A DNA stretch of 63,345 bases, the filler included, from Octopus bimaculoides (Eukaryota): NCBI RefSeq assembly GCF_001194135.2. It is 3 parts of 3 records of this genome, joined end to end, with 100 filler letters (N's around TTAATTAATTAA, not from the genome) between each part and the next. Parts side by side here need not be neighbours in the genome. Positions count along the whole stretch, not along the records: positions 30,066 to 59,602 come from NC_068999.1; 2 more parts are not named here. One strand, written 5' to 3'. Positions 40,560 through 54,998 of this stretch are shown in pieces. Position 1 is the stretch's first letter. Each line of letters starts with the position of its first letter. The notes under the pieces are model-generated. The model was not told the origin of the DNA. It made no database searches and worked only from the letters and a program-made list of their open reading frames with translations. Position numbers and translations under genes: made by a program.

Positions 40560-41030
40560 TTCCCCTGAAGAGTACCTCACTACATGCAGCAGTTCTTTGT
40601 CATCATCTTCATCGGGTTCAAACCTCTTGAGATTTGCTCTTACCGTTTCTTCTTTCCACATCTCTTTCAGTCTCTCTTTTCAGCAGATTCCTTCCACTTG
40701 GCCTGCTTGGCACCTTTTTCATCCAAATGTCATCCTTCATTCTCATCACAAGCCCACATCACTAGTCTTCTCCTCTCCAGCACACCACATCTAATTCTCC
40801 TTGTACCCACTTTTTCTCTTGGCTCATTCCTGTTCTATCATTCATTCACATTAACTTTACACATCCAACACAGCATCCTCTTCTCGTCTCTTTCCAGCTT
40901 CCACATATCCTCCACATTCGATACTTATGTTTTGCCGCCATGCAGCACCACACTTTGTACACAAGCATCAGCAATCTGCACTTCACTCACAAACAGAATC
41001 CCATTGTCCCCTATAGAGACAACACTCCCA
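40560..41030 (-). mobile_element. Decayed RTE LINE 3' coding fragment
   Basis: KLERDEKRMLCWMCKV and RRRLVMWA remnants typical of the post-RT region. Confidence 0.7.
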
Positions 41031-41532
41031 TGAAATTTTCCCACTCTTTTTTGAATTAGGCTGTTATGCTTTCAAAAAATACCCAACTCTATTGCTAAAC
41101 ATGCCACTTAAAAAGCATTCAGTCTCCTCCATAAAACGTTTCCTTCTTGAGCCATGCCAGGCTCATAAGGGCCAGTTTACCGGTTTTCAGTGCATATAAG
41201 TTCTCCACCTGGACAGGACGCCAGTCCCTCGCAGGATTACTCATTCTTGCCAGATGAAACTATCCACTACATTTAGGGAATCTGCCAAACATAGTTTTGC
41301 ATAACAGTCTATCATTTGTGAAGAAACGTCATGTTTGAAACTACTTTCTGTTGAGATATGTCAAATTTTCTGAAGCAACATGACTTGCAGAAATCACTTA
41401 ATTTATCAACCCCGAATGGACATAAGGCAAATTTGACTGCAGAGGAATTTGAACTCAAAACATAGTGACGGATGAAATATGGCTAAGCATTTTGTCCAAC
41501 ACGCTAATGATTCCACCAGCTCGCTGTCTTAC

Positions 41533-41573
<41 letters not shown>

Positions 41574-41791
41574 CTTTTCTACTCTTGGTACAAGGTCCGA
41601 AATTTTTTGGAGAGGGGGGCCAGTTGATTAGATTGACCCCAGTATGTAATTAGTACTTAATCTATCGAACCCAAAAGGATGGAAGGCAAATTCGACCTTG
41701 GTGGAATTTGAACTCAGAACATTGTGACAGTCGAAACACCACTAAGCATTTCGCCCGGTGCACAAACGTTTCTGCCAACTCACTACCTTAC

Positions 41792-41836
<45 letters not shown>

Positions 41837-43020
41837 GTATAGTAACAGAGCAATAACAGTAAGACAAATAATAATTCTGAGAAACTAAAACCGGGCAGAC
41901 ACCTTGCTCCGATTTCACGAAAGTGGGAAAATGCTATATAAAATATAGCATTTTGTCGTCAGCATAGCAGAATTTCACACCTGAATGAATTTTCAGATAT
42001 ATTCTAAGGAATAAAAAAGATTATTTTAATAGTTATACATTTCCTTTTTTCATTTTTACTTTTAACTTCGGCAAACAATTTTCAANNNNNNNNNNNNNNN
42101 NNNNNNNNNNNNNNNNNNNNNNNNNNNNNNNNNNNNNNNNNNNNNNNNNNNNNNNNNNNNNNNNNNNNNNNNNNNNNNNNNNNNNNNNNNNNNNNNNNNN
42201 NNNNNNNNNNNNNNNNNNNNNNNNNNNNNNNNNNNNNNNNNNNNNNNNNNNNNNNNNNNNNNNNNNNNNNNNNNNNNNNNNNNNNNNNNNNNNNNNNNNN
42301 NNNNNNNNNNNNNNNNNNNNNNNNNNNNNNNNNNNNNNNNNNNNNNNNNNNNNNNNNNNNNNNNNNNNNNNNNNNNNNNNNNNNNNNNNNNNNNNNNNNN
42401 NNNNNNNNNNNNNNNNNNNNNNNNNNNNNNNNNNNNNNNNNNNNNNNNNNNNNNNNNNNNNNNNNNNNNNNNNNNNNNNNNNNNNNNNNNNAAAACAAAA
42501 ATAAAACAAAGCCTAAAAACAATGTTATTTATTAGTTATCTTCTTTCTCTGAAGACATCATACTTTCAATCTACTTAAACTGACCAGCAAAATTTCAGGC
42601 TACAATCAATAAAACACTTTTGTCGTCTAGAGCGCGCGCTCGTGCACGCACACACGCACACACACACATGCTAACCAACAGCACTACTGTACATACATAC
42701 TTCTACCCACATACACACACACACACACACCACAAACACACATACACACACACAGAGATGCATACACCAGCACACCCATACCACCACTTATGCTCATCCC
42801 AGAATATGGATACATTCCTATATGCCATTTCCTCCCTTCTTAACTCCTCCCCTCCATAGAAGTACATTTCCACCTGACTCCCATACACTTACACATTTTC
42901 CTTCTTATGTTCGCCTCTCCCCCACCCACCATAAGCCTCCCCACCACCACACACACACACACACACACACTTTCTCTCTTCTCAATCACTTTTGCTCTTT
43001 CACACGCTTCTGTGTACTTT

Positions 43021-43055
43021 CTTTCTGATGAAGGACTAGTGTCCGAAATGTTAAG
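43021..43055 (+). ncRNA. Minimal hammerhead-like motif, second repeat family
   Basis: CUUU-CUGAUGAA-[GGAC UAGU GUCC]-GAAA-UGU-U-AAG. Canonical core; the palindromic ACGU stem III is eroded to AUGU. Family relatives at about 22795, 26324, 36115 and 50918. Confidence 0.55.
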
Positions 43056-45803
43056 ACTCTCTTTCTTTTTAAGCATTAAACTAATACAATATTTGTTAAA
43101 ATTTGTCCTGTCTGTGTTGAATTTTTATTTTTATTTTCACTCAGTACCTTCACTCTGCAATCATTACAACACCTGACACGTGGTACACCATACAACTGTT
43201 CAGGCAACATCGATTTGATGGTGTGAGTGAGCAAATGTTTGGCATGAACATTTGATCACAATATATATATCATCATAATCATCATCATTTAAAGTCCATT
43301 GTCCTTGCTGGCATGAGTTGGACAAGGCTGGTAAGCTGAGGGGCTGCACCAGATTCCAAAATGATTTGGCATAGTTTCTTACAGCAAAACATATTTTATA
43401 TACAACAATTGAAAATATAATAATAACAGTGGAGATAACAATTTTAACAAATTTTAAAACAAAAAGAAAGCTTTAAAAAGAAGAGAATTTGGCTTTTATA
43501 TATATNNNNNNNNNNNNNNNNNNNNNNNNNNNNNNNNNNNNNNNNNNNNNNNNNNNNNNNNNNNNNNNNNNNNNNNNNNNNNNNNNNNNNNNNNNNNNNN
43601 NNNNNNNNNNNNNNNNNNNNNNNNNNNNNNNNNNNNNNNNNNNNNNNNNNNNNNNNNNNNNNNNNNNNNNNNNNNNNNNNNNNNNNNNNNNNNNNNNNNN
43701 NNNNNNNNNNNNNNNNNNNNNNNNNNNNNNNNNNNNNNNNNNNNNNNNNNNNNNNNNNNNNNNNNNNNNNNNNNNNNNNNNNNNNNNNNNNNNNNNNNNN
43801 NNNNNNNNNNNNNNNNNNNNNNNNNNNNNNNNNNNNNNNNNNNNNNNNNNNNNNNNNNNNNNNNNNNNNNNNNNNNNNNNNNNNNNNNNNNNNNNNNNNN
43901 NNNNNNNNNNNNNNNNNNNNNNNNNNNNNNGAGGCTATAATAGAAGACACTTGTCCAAGGTGCCACGCAGTAGGACTGAACCCGGAACCATGTGGTTGGT
44001 AAGCAAGCTACTTACCACACAACCACTCCTAGGGCTATAGTAGGGGACAACTGCCTGAGTTGCCGTGCAGTGGGACTGAAACCAAAACCATGTGATTGAG
44101 ACACAAACACCTTCATCATACTGCCATGCATGCATCTACATCGTAACTATAATAACATTTGTTAACTGCGTGTAAGTCTGTAAGCTTATCCATCCACCAT
44201 CCAAGATCCTAATAATGAAAACAATGGACACAAAGGTCAACATTTTCTGTTCTGAGAAATAAGCAATGTCAGAGGCACACTTGAGTGAAAGCAACAACAG
44301 CCACATGACACACGGCGACAGCCTGATGTATGGCAACTGGCCAAACACTCTACAAATAATCATGCCTCTTTCCCACAACCTCTTATGTGAACATCATTCG
44401 AGCTTTGTCCTTAATGCAGAATCTCTCTCTCTCTCTCTCTCTTTCTCTTGCGATAACCTCTTCAACTTTTAAATACTTGTATTGATTGAAAGAACTAAGT
44501 ATTATTCTCGGCTCTCATTACAACGTGGCCATCATCTCCTACAGTTCTAACATCAATCATATTAAACAGAAGATTTCACTGGAATTGTAATCAGATTTCA
44601 GTCAAGACACAAATAGATTTAATTCAACAGAGTGCCAACAATTCTATTCGGCCATGTTCCAATTCTGTATATCATTGAGAACCCTTCTTCTGGAGAGAAT
44701 TAAAGAGAAATATCTTAAAAATTACTCTACTTAACTCAAATCTCTATCCTGTAACAGTCTCTACTAATACACTCCAATTAAACAACCAAAGCTAATATTG
44801 TGAGGCTTTTAAAAGGAAGCAATGGCTGGCCAAATACACTCAAAATAACAAGACACTACATCTTGCTTTTATTGTTTATCCCAAGGTCAGCCCTGATCGA
44901 GTAGATGTATGATCGTAGATGCAACAGCTGTGAGCATCCGGTCATTATCATTATTCTCATTCAATGTCCATCATTAAAGGAGGATGTGAGTTGAAAAAAA
45001 AAAGTGGAGTGAGAAAAGATGTATTTGTTTTGGGCACCACAGCCATGCTCACCAACAGAAATAAAAAGCACCCCTGGGCTGACCAGCATTAAATAAACTG
45101 TGATGGTCAAAGCCCTTGCCATCTCAACAGGTGTCACACAAGGTGGATCTGGTAGCATGAACGAGTGCACTCAGTGGTGTGCCAGAGTGCCACTATGTGC
45201 ACTGGTGTTATAAGGAGGACAGCAGCTCCCTGGCCACAAAAGAAATGCAAGACAAACCCATAAGAGACCAATGCACTGCTGGCAGTGACGATCTGGAACT
45301 ATATTGTCCACTATGTCATTCTCCTTAAGACAGATGAGTTTGATATGAGGTACTTGGCAGCTATTTCTAGTAAATGAAGCAACCATGATGAAGCAGCCTC
45401 ACTGACCCATCTCTTCATTGTTGTTATTTATTTATCTTTCATGATAAATCTCACCTGTAAAATGGAATGGATCTGTGAAGCCTGCAATGGCAAGTAAGGA
45501 ATTTCAGTCAAAAGCTGCAGTGCCAAGTCGGTCCTGTTTGTTTACCTGCAGCAATTTATATATAAATGCACTAAAGCTAAAAGAAGATGAAACAACTGTT
45601 AGCCTTACATCAAATCTACATTCTGGTCAAACTGTCCAACCCATGCCAGTATGGACAACGGACATTAAACGATGATGATGACGATGATGATGATCATGAT
45701 CATAATCATGATGATGATGGTGACAATGATGATGATAATGATGATGATGATGATGAAAATGTGATGGGAGAAACACAAAGACACACACAAACACATATGG
45801 GGT

Positions 45804-45840
<37 letters not shown>

Positions 45841-46162
45841 TTTTCATTCACAAGGGCATTGGTCAGCTTGAGGTTACAGAAGACAACATTTGCCCAAGGA
45901 GCCACGCAATGGGACTGAACCCAACATGTATGCTTTGAAAGCAAACTTCTTAACCACACAGCCATGCCTGCAATGAAATTTGTAATATTTTAAATAAAAC
46001 TGTAATATTTGATATTAAGGGGTGGGGAGTTTTCTCGTGGGATTTTTAGTAAAAGAACTGTTTGCAGCTATTTACAACAAGTAAGAGTAATTAATTCACT
46101 GCAATTGAAGTGTTAATGGCATCGTTAATTCTGTATTTGAAGCAAGTAATAAAAGACTTTAC

Positions 46163-46300
46163 CCCGCTGCGATCACAGAGTCGAAGACTGCTGAAGGAGC
46201 CAACAACAAACAGTTCTCCACTAGGATTCCAGGCCAAAGAAGTTATCGGATAGTCGTAGGCGGAACTGGAATACATCGGAACTCCATAGGAATTCCAAAT
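46163..46300 (-). CDS. IFT80: Intraflagellar transport protein 80, single internal WD40 exon, IWNSYGVPMYSSSAYDYPITSLAWNPSGELFVVGSFSSLRLCDRSG
   Basis: 138 nt, phase 0/0, ttttgttttccag| acceptor and GGG|gtaaaa donor. 28 of 46 residues are identical to remembered human IFT80 [46 protein letters not shown]. Confidence 0.92.
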
Positions 46301-47915
46301 CTGGAAAACAAAATGAGGAAATTTAACAATTAAAAATGATGGAAATAAAACAGTAATTCAAAGAAAATGTTTTCTAAAAAAATTTCTTTGTTGTTACATT
46401 TAGCCATTGTTATTCAGAGGAAGAAAATAAAGACAAATTACAAAATTATTGTAGATTTTTCTTTTTTACATATAATTTTTTTCCAGGTGTGATGGCAAGT
46501 TTTTCAATTATTTTATCAAATACTAAAAATTTGGCAGTGTACCTTCAAAAAATTGGATTCACTGACCATTCAGGGTTTTCATTTAATTTTTAATCAATTC
46601 CAACTTCAGAGTTCTCTCCCACGACTTTCTTGACAAGAATTTTCATTAAAGACTCTGAGTTTTTGTGGAGAGGGCTTTATGCCATTATGGTCATAATTTC
46701 AACTGATTAGAAAATACCTTTATTTAACTATATCAAGCATAAATAACCAATGCTTAAGAATTTAAGCATCTCTGTGCCTAACAGAACATTATTATCTTAG
46801 GTAAGAATATGCAGGTCCCTACATTTGACACTAGCCTAGAACTATATAGACACATACATACATACATACAGACAGACAGACAGACAGATAGACAGACAGA
46901 CAGACAGATAACAAGCACCCTTTCAGAGTTCCATACACTGTCTATGACTGCGAGACTTTGGTTTTGACTCCGTGACCAGGCAGTGCATTGCGTTCTTGAA
47001 TAAAACACTTCATCTCATGTCACTCTGCAACCACTTTGACATCTGACCTGTGGCACACCGTGGGCCCAGTGCAGGTCATGTTGATTTGATGGAGGATGTG
47101 AGCTAATGTGAGGCACGAGCATTTGATCACTATAAACAAATCATCAGTGCAGGTTATGCAGCATAATATTGCAGAGCCATCTTTCTTGGACTCAAGAGAC
47201 TACCAAGAAGACGGTCTATGGCAAGCATTTAAATCTCTATGACCTACTGCAAGAATTATTTTTACAATTAATTAATGTAATTGAAGCAAAATAACCAGAA
47301 ATTACCATTGTGGGAACACACAACAATAAACATGTCAAAAAATTAATTCAATTTTTTTTTTATTTTTGGTTTTGTTTAATTAAGCATTTTCAAGAACAAG
47401 TAGAAATCTGTAAGTTTNNNNNNNNNNNNNNNNNNNNNNNNNNNNNNNNNNNNNNNNNNNNNNNNNNNNNNNNNNNNNNNNNNNNNNNNNNNNNNNNNNN
47501 NNNNNNNNNNNNNNNNNNNNNNNNNNNNNNNNNNNNNNNNNNNNNNNNNNNNNNNNNNNNNNNNNNNNNNNNNNNNNNNNNNNNNNNNNNNNNNNNNNNN
47601 NNNNNNNNNNNNNNNNNNNNNNNNNNNNNNNNNNNNNNNNNNNNNNNNNNNNNNNNNNNNNNNNNNNNNNNNNNNNNNNNNNNNNNNNNNNNNNNNNNNN
47701 NNNNNNNATATAGACAAGTTAATAGACAAGTTAAAATAATGCTCATTACATATTATTATAGCAAATTTGGCTTACACCTGTTTCCAATAGTCATTATAGA
47801 TAGGTTTACTCAATTGGTTTATTAACCAATCGAGGTAAATTGAAATATCTAAGAAAATTAAAGACACCTTCATCAGAGCAATTGCTGGAAAATCCCTCAC
47901 TATTTGTTCTATATA

Positions 47916-48110
47916 CAGGGTGCGATGGGTAAATTGTCGCTGTTTTATATTTTTAATTTCACACATACCTATTGTTTGTTTTTGATTTTGTCAACTACAC
48001 AGTATAGTAGGGTCAGTTGGGCACTGTCTGTGAGATAAAACAGCACCATGAAGCAATTCACTTTGCCTTCATCCCTGAACCCCTGATGAAGTTGTAGAGG
48101 GTATCATCGT
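47916..48110 (+). mobile_element. 5' fragment of a Tc1/mariner element
   Basis: TA|CAGGGTGCGATGGGTAAATTG terminus followed by a short MKQFTL remnant. Recognised from memory only. Confidence 0.45.
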
Positions 48111-48734
48111 GACTTATGGTGTATTTAAACAACACCAACAACAACAGTCTGACTTTTCACGTAACATGATTTACTCAAGTTGCTAGAAACAACAAGCAAA
48201 TCTCCTTCAAATCATACTATCATCTTCAGAAACGGGAATGATTTACAACCTGTTAAAAGCAACAGACAAATCACCCTCAAATCTTACAATCATCTTAAGA
48301 AATGGGAAAGACACGTCTAATAACGTAGGCCTTCATAACAATGTCTCGAAAAAGAAACAAAGAAAGGAAAAAAATAAATAAAACAGAAAGGAAAAAAGAT
48401 CACATGGTCATGATTCAATATCTTTGATCATAGGCCTGCTCGATCAGATCTGACTCGGGGCTACACTATAACAACAACAGGACCTTCTATTTTTTTCGAA
48501 AACTTCAAAAGAAATTGAACATCATCACTTTATATAAACATCTCATTGAAATCATTTTTTTTTCACAAGTGATGTCCTTGATGTCCTCCTAGACATTATA
48601 AAAATTACCTCTTAAATTACATTCGAACTATAAATAAAAGTAATCGTGGTTGTCTGAGATATATTTTTCTGTCAATTTCCAATGAAGATGGCTTACGGCT
48701 AGATTCAATACTATAAATACACACACACACACAG

Positions 48735-48786
<52 letters not shown>

Positions 48787-49518
48787 NNNNNNNNNNNNNN
48801 NNNNNNNNNNNNNNNNNNNNNNNNNNNNNNNNNNNNNNNNNNNNNNNNNNNNNNNNNNNNNNNNNNNNNNNNNNNNNNNNNNNNNNNNNNNNNNNNNNNN
48901 NNNNNNNNNNNNNNNNNNNNNNNNNNNNNNNNNNNNNNNNNNNNNNNNNNNNNNNNNNNNNNNNNNNNNNNNNNNNNNNNNNNNNNNNNNNNNNNNNNNN
49001 NNNNNNNNNNNNNNNNNNNNNNNNNNNNNNNNNNNNNNNNNNNNNNNNNNNNNNNNNNNNNNNNNNNNNNNNNNNNNNNNNNNNNNNNNNNNNNNNNNNN
49101 NNNNNNNNNNNTTGTAACAAACTTGAAAGTTCATATTTTTTCATTTCTTTTTAAAGTAAAATGAAATAATCAAGTTTAATTAAACAAAATAAATATATTT
49201 GTTTGGCAGCAGAGACAACAGCTACATCTCATATACAATGTCTTATTCCTACCCAATCATGATTTTGGACTTATGATATATTCGTTCACCGAATGTTCAA
49301 ATCACCAACACATAAACCAACGATATCTCTTCCATTTAGCTTCTACGACTCTCTGTATAATATATGGCTGTGCATAGGACACCCTTCTCTATCTCCAGCA
49401 CACATGCATATTTATCCATTTCAGAACCATTCGTTTATCCATCCATGGGGGTGTTTGGATTCCACCACAGCAGATTGCAGGCCCAAGGTTCCAGGTTCAA
49501 TCTCACTGCCTGCAATCA

Positions 49519-49549
<31 letters not shown>

Positions 49550-50778
49550 CGACAGGCTTCTTTCAATTACCATCAACCAAATCCACTCACAAGGATTTGG
49601 TCAGCCCAAGGCTATAGTAGAAGACACTTGCTCAAGGTGTCACGCAGTGGGACTGAACCCAAAACCATGTGGTTGGGAAGCAAGCTCTTTATCACACAGG
49701 CGCACCTGCACCTATGTTGAAAATCTTCATTTATTCTGACTCAACATTTTCACTTTCTGTTTCTTATTTCTTTAACTACACTGGAAACATTAAGATTTAT
49801 AAAACAAAATGGTGAAAAGTTACCCCAAATACAAATAACAAGTATCAACAAACCAGAAATGGTTTGTCTTGGGAATACTAAATTTCAATTCCTTGCGGAT
49901 AAGATGGAACCAGATTTATCTGATTCATTAAAACCAATTCTCTAGCCTCACAGGTATGACACATTTCTTAGAAAATGTAGGCAACAACACATCGTTTGGT
50001 TTTACAACATTACCAAAGAAAGATTCCGTGTAAACAAAATAGTTTCCTTTAAGACTGCATAAAAGTATTATTCCAGTTCTTTATTATGAACAGAATACTA
50101 CGTTCTACATAGATTTCAAACAAGCATTACAACAAAAGCCTTGAAAACTCTAACATGACTAAGTTTACAACTAAAGAAATACATCATTTTTTTTTTTTAC
50201 CTCTTATGAAAACTTCCAGTTAATCTTAATTAAGCATTCATTAGTTACTAAAGATCTAACTTTGGGGATTCATTCAGAACAGTTTTTATAGGTCTCCCGA
50301 AAAAAAAAAAAAATAATAATAATAATAATAATCTGAGTCATCCACTTATGAAACAAAACTAAAAAGTTTTTATCTATGCAGCAGTGAATATCTGCATTTA
50401 AATGATATCATAGACAGCACCGTATGGCCTTGTCTTTTGTATTAACTGCAGAGATAACAACAACAATATATGTATATATATATATATTTGTCTATTCTCT
50501 GGTATGGATAAATTGAACCCAACTTATAACATTGAAAACTGGAATTAATTGAAGCAAAGAAGAAAAGCGTATGTAGGCAGACAGCAGCAGCAACAGAAAT
50601 AATTATTCAATGCCAGATCATTATTGAATTTACCTATTTCGTCTCCATGTTTAATATCAATGAAACCAGTAAAGACATATGTATATTGTGTGTGTGTTTG
50701 TGTCTATGCATGCATGTGTGAATGTGTATATATATATAATTGTGTGTGTNNNNNNNNNNGAATGTGTATATATATATA

Positions 50779-50819
<41 letters not shown>

Positions 50820-51577
50820 GTGTGTATAGTGAGAATTTACAAACAAAACAAAAGATGAAGATGGGTGTGTAACCAACAAACAGATGTATTAGTTTAACGC
50901 TCGGGAAGTGAGAAAGACTTTTACGTTTCGAGCCTATGCTCTTCCACAGAAAGGAACACAAGAATATAAACAAGGAGAGAAGATAGAAAAAAGGTTAGTG
51001 GCTAGCGATCTATCATGGTTAGTGGCTAGCGATCTATCATATATGTATTTGTTTGAAAAAAGAAAAACAATGACCAACCACATGGTTCTGGGTTCAGTCC
51101 CACTGTGTGGCACCTTGGGCAAGTGTATTCTACTATAATAGCCTCAGGCCGACCAAAGCCTTGTGAGTGGATTTGGTAGATGGAAACTGAAAGAAGCCCG
51201 TCATATATATATGTGTGTGTGTGTCCCCTCAACATCGCTTGACAACCGATGCTTGTGTGTTCACGTCCTCGTAACTTAGTGGTTCGGCAAAAGAGACCGA
51301 TAGAATAAGTACTAGGCTTACAAAGAATAAGTCCTGGGGGTCGATTTGCTTGACTAAAGGCGGTGCTCCAGCATGGCCGCAGTCAAATGACTGAAACTAT
51401 TGAAAGAGTAAAAGAGTATATATATATATATATATATATATATANNNNNNNNNNNNNNNNNNNNNNNNNNNNNNNNNNNNNNNNNNNNNNNNNNNNNNNN
51501 NNNNNNNNNNNNNNNNNNNNNNNNNNNNNNNNNNNNNNNNNNNNNNNNNNNNNNNNNNNNNNNNNNNNNNNNNNNNN

Positions 51578-51612
<35 letters not shown>

Positions 51613-54301
51613 CACACATACACACACACATATATAACCTGTATCAGTCATTGCCTTTCCCTAAGATAACACTGGTGGTGTAGAGAGGGGAGGCTGGTGC
51701 ACATGGGCGACTGCTGGTCATCCATAAACAACCTTGCCTGGACTTGTGCCTCAGAGGGTAACTTTCTACATGCAATCCCATAGTCAAATGATGACAATGA
51801 TGGTGATGATGGTGATGATGGTGATGATGATGATGATGGTGGTGATGATGATGGTGAGCTTGCATTTCTTTGCAAAAACCATTAACTATCTTTCCAGGGT
51901 AGGAGGGGGTATTTGGTATGAGCTTAACGCTGCTGAAGTTTAGTTCAAAAGGGACAGAGTTCATAGCGTAAAACCAATTTCGCTGCTACTCAATACATCG
52001 TTAATACTTCTCGATAACAATAGTCTACTTTAAAATATTTTCCAGCTTTCTTTGAAACCGACTTCAAGTGCACTAAAATAAGCAATGTTACATTCTCGTT
52101 TCCCATAATGTGAGTGTAGTGAGCATATCAACCTATTAGAAGAAGAATTAAATTGATACAGGAATTGCTAAAAGACATTGAAGTGCTGATAAGACAAAAA
52201 AAAAAACAAGAAAGAAAGAAAAATCAAAGCTTGTCAGATGTACCCCGATCCGCCAACTTTATTTAATTTCATGTCATTAGTCTGGAATATTGTGTCTCGT
52301 TAAAAAGAAGTAAAAAACAAAAACAGAAAACTTAATGCTAATTTGGGGAAATTTTTACAACAATGTCTGCATCTTTTCCTGTCTTCATTCGAATTGTTTT
52401 GTGTGTGGGTGTGTGTATGTGTGTGTGCATATATGTGTGTGTGTGCATATATGTGTGTGTGTGTGTGTGTTTAAGAGCAACATATTTTGCATAAAAGCAA
52501 GAATTTCAAATGCAGTCCATACTTTATTTTTGCTCAACAGCTGTTTCATTCAGATACCACCAAATGGATAATTACTAGATTTACTGCAATGTAATAACCT
52601 GTTCCAATTTAACGACCTGTTTTTAATTGAGTCCTGAATTACTACATATTCAAACTCTGTTGTTTATAAATCAATTTTTCAACTATCTCTCTCTCTCTCC
52701 CTCTCTCTCTATATATACACACACACATATATAAAATCATCATTTAACATCTTTGTTCCATGCAAGCATGATTTGACCATTTCTATAGGAATTGAGAGTC
52801 CAAGGACAGTCTTATACTCCAAGGTCTGCTTTGGCATGGTTTCTGTGGTTGGATGCATGAAGTTGGGGTAGTTGATAAGCAAAATCCTATGTGAGTGTGC
52901 ATGCTTGTATTTCCTTGTCTTGACATTGTGTGATTGTTTGTAAATGAATGTCATTTGGTCCCAATATTCTGCAAAAAACATGTCTGACTGTAAGAAAATA
53001 CCACCTTGCCAGGAAACAGGTAAGGGTTGATGACAGGAAGAGCATCCAGCCATAGAAAATTTGCCTCAACAAACTTCTTCCAATCCATGTCAGCATGGAA
53101 AAATGGTTGGTAAAACAATGATGATGATGATGATCTCAACAATTTTTTCCTTCTTCTTCCCAACAAAATGGTTTACGTGGTCTGTGAAACATTACTTTTA
53201 CAATCTGTTGCCCTCATTAGTACAAATTACTGAGCCGAGATGTGAAAACGGTACCTAACTTTAGCTGGGAATCGTTTAGGCTAACAACGTCTAATATGCT
53301 TCTGCCTATAAGTGGCAAGCAACGACAGTTAAAAATATTGAACTCATAATCATTAGATAGATCAATAACACCAAATCATTTTGTTTTCTATGTAAAAAAA
53401 AAAGAATTTTTTCAAATAAAAAATGAAAAAAATAAACAGAAAAGTGAGAACATTAAGTGTTAGAATTTGAAATGAAAATACACAAATAAGAAAAAAAAAA
53501 GCATGATAGTTCCCATTTCTAAGGTTCGGTGAATGCATTGGTAAAGAATTATATGTCACAGAACAGGATTAGAGATTAAAGATTTGGTAGTTTGGTGTGT
53601 TGTAGTGTGAAATGTAAGGAGCTTTAATAATTCTTAAGCAGACACCATTCATATCCAAATGGTACTTGGACATTGAAATTTATCATGTTTTCTTAATAAA
53701 ACAACTAAATTTTTTTCCACACTTTTTTCCCTGTTCTTCCTCATTATTTTTCTTCCAAATTTGCTTTACAATCCGCTCGGTGAAAGTATAACAAGGAAAG
53801 ATCAAAAATCGATAGGAATTGGTTAGTCGTGCAAATATAATGTAGGGAAGGTAACGCTAGATTGTACAGCTCCGGTGCAGGACCAGCAGATTTCAATAAA
53901 AAGGCCATCAATTAGATAAAATTAATTAAATCTATTGTGTATAGCCGAGAGCAAACAAGTATAACTGCTGTGCGTAGTTGTCTACTGTGCAAGGAAGAGG
54001 AGGACGGGTGGGTGGGAGATGGAAGTGGCTTGTGCTTGGCATTCCGAGCAGGCTACATCAGGAAGTCAGTCAGCCAAAACCAGCAAGGAAATCAGGTGGG
54101 AAGGCATAAATTTGAAGGAAAATTAACCAAAAAAAAGCAGCAGGAAAAGAGAAGAAACCAAAACAAAAAAAAAAACAAAAAAATAAATGAATAAATAAAA
54201 CAACAATGCCAAAACATTTTCGCCAATGTTTGCATGTTCTCAACAGGTAATAATGGAGCAACAACAACCGACCCGTTCGACTCAATTTGCTACCATAAAC
54301 T

Positions 54302-54339
<38 letters not shown>

Positions 54340-54953
54340 AAAACTATTCGCTGCCAATTATATGTTTAAACTTGGCTGTAATTATGTAAAAGAGAAAAAA
54401 AAAACAAATAAAATAAATAAAAACTTATAAAAAAAATAAATAATTATCTGACATTGAAATTGATTGCACCCAACATCAGTATGGTGAATAAAAATAGAGA
54501 AAATAATTAGATGTACAGACAAAAATATCTCATAACAATGGTGGTAATAATAATAATAATAATAATAATGCAGTACCAGGTAGTGACTTTGCCCTGATGC
54601 AATATCAGGTAGTGGCTCTCATGGCTTCTGATCTTAACTGATTGGAAATGTCATCATATCCTGGTATAAAAGATGGGCTGCAGCAAATATTCTGCTTAAT
54701 ACCACAGATTTGCTTGTCAGTTGTTTGACCATAACTAGTAGAGCATGTCCCTTAGTGGCTGACAATATGAGCATCTTTGATCATGAGCAGAAGTAGTGGG
54801 GGAGCATCATAGCCATGTGTTGGGAGGGATTCTTTGGAAACTTCCTGTATTTATTCATTTGGTAATCTGAGCCTAGAACCAGGTTTCTGTTAGAATCCTG
54901 TAAAACTTGAAGTCACATAAAGCCAGATCAAACAGTTTTAAATAATGTGTGTA

Positions 54954-54998
<45 letters not shown>

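Noticed and set aside
44510-44600. LFNM...GDDGHVV as the next IFT80 exon
   Set aside because: Lacks the conserved AWSxDGTQ block and is flanked by in-frame stops.
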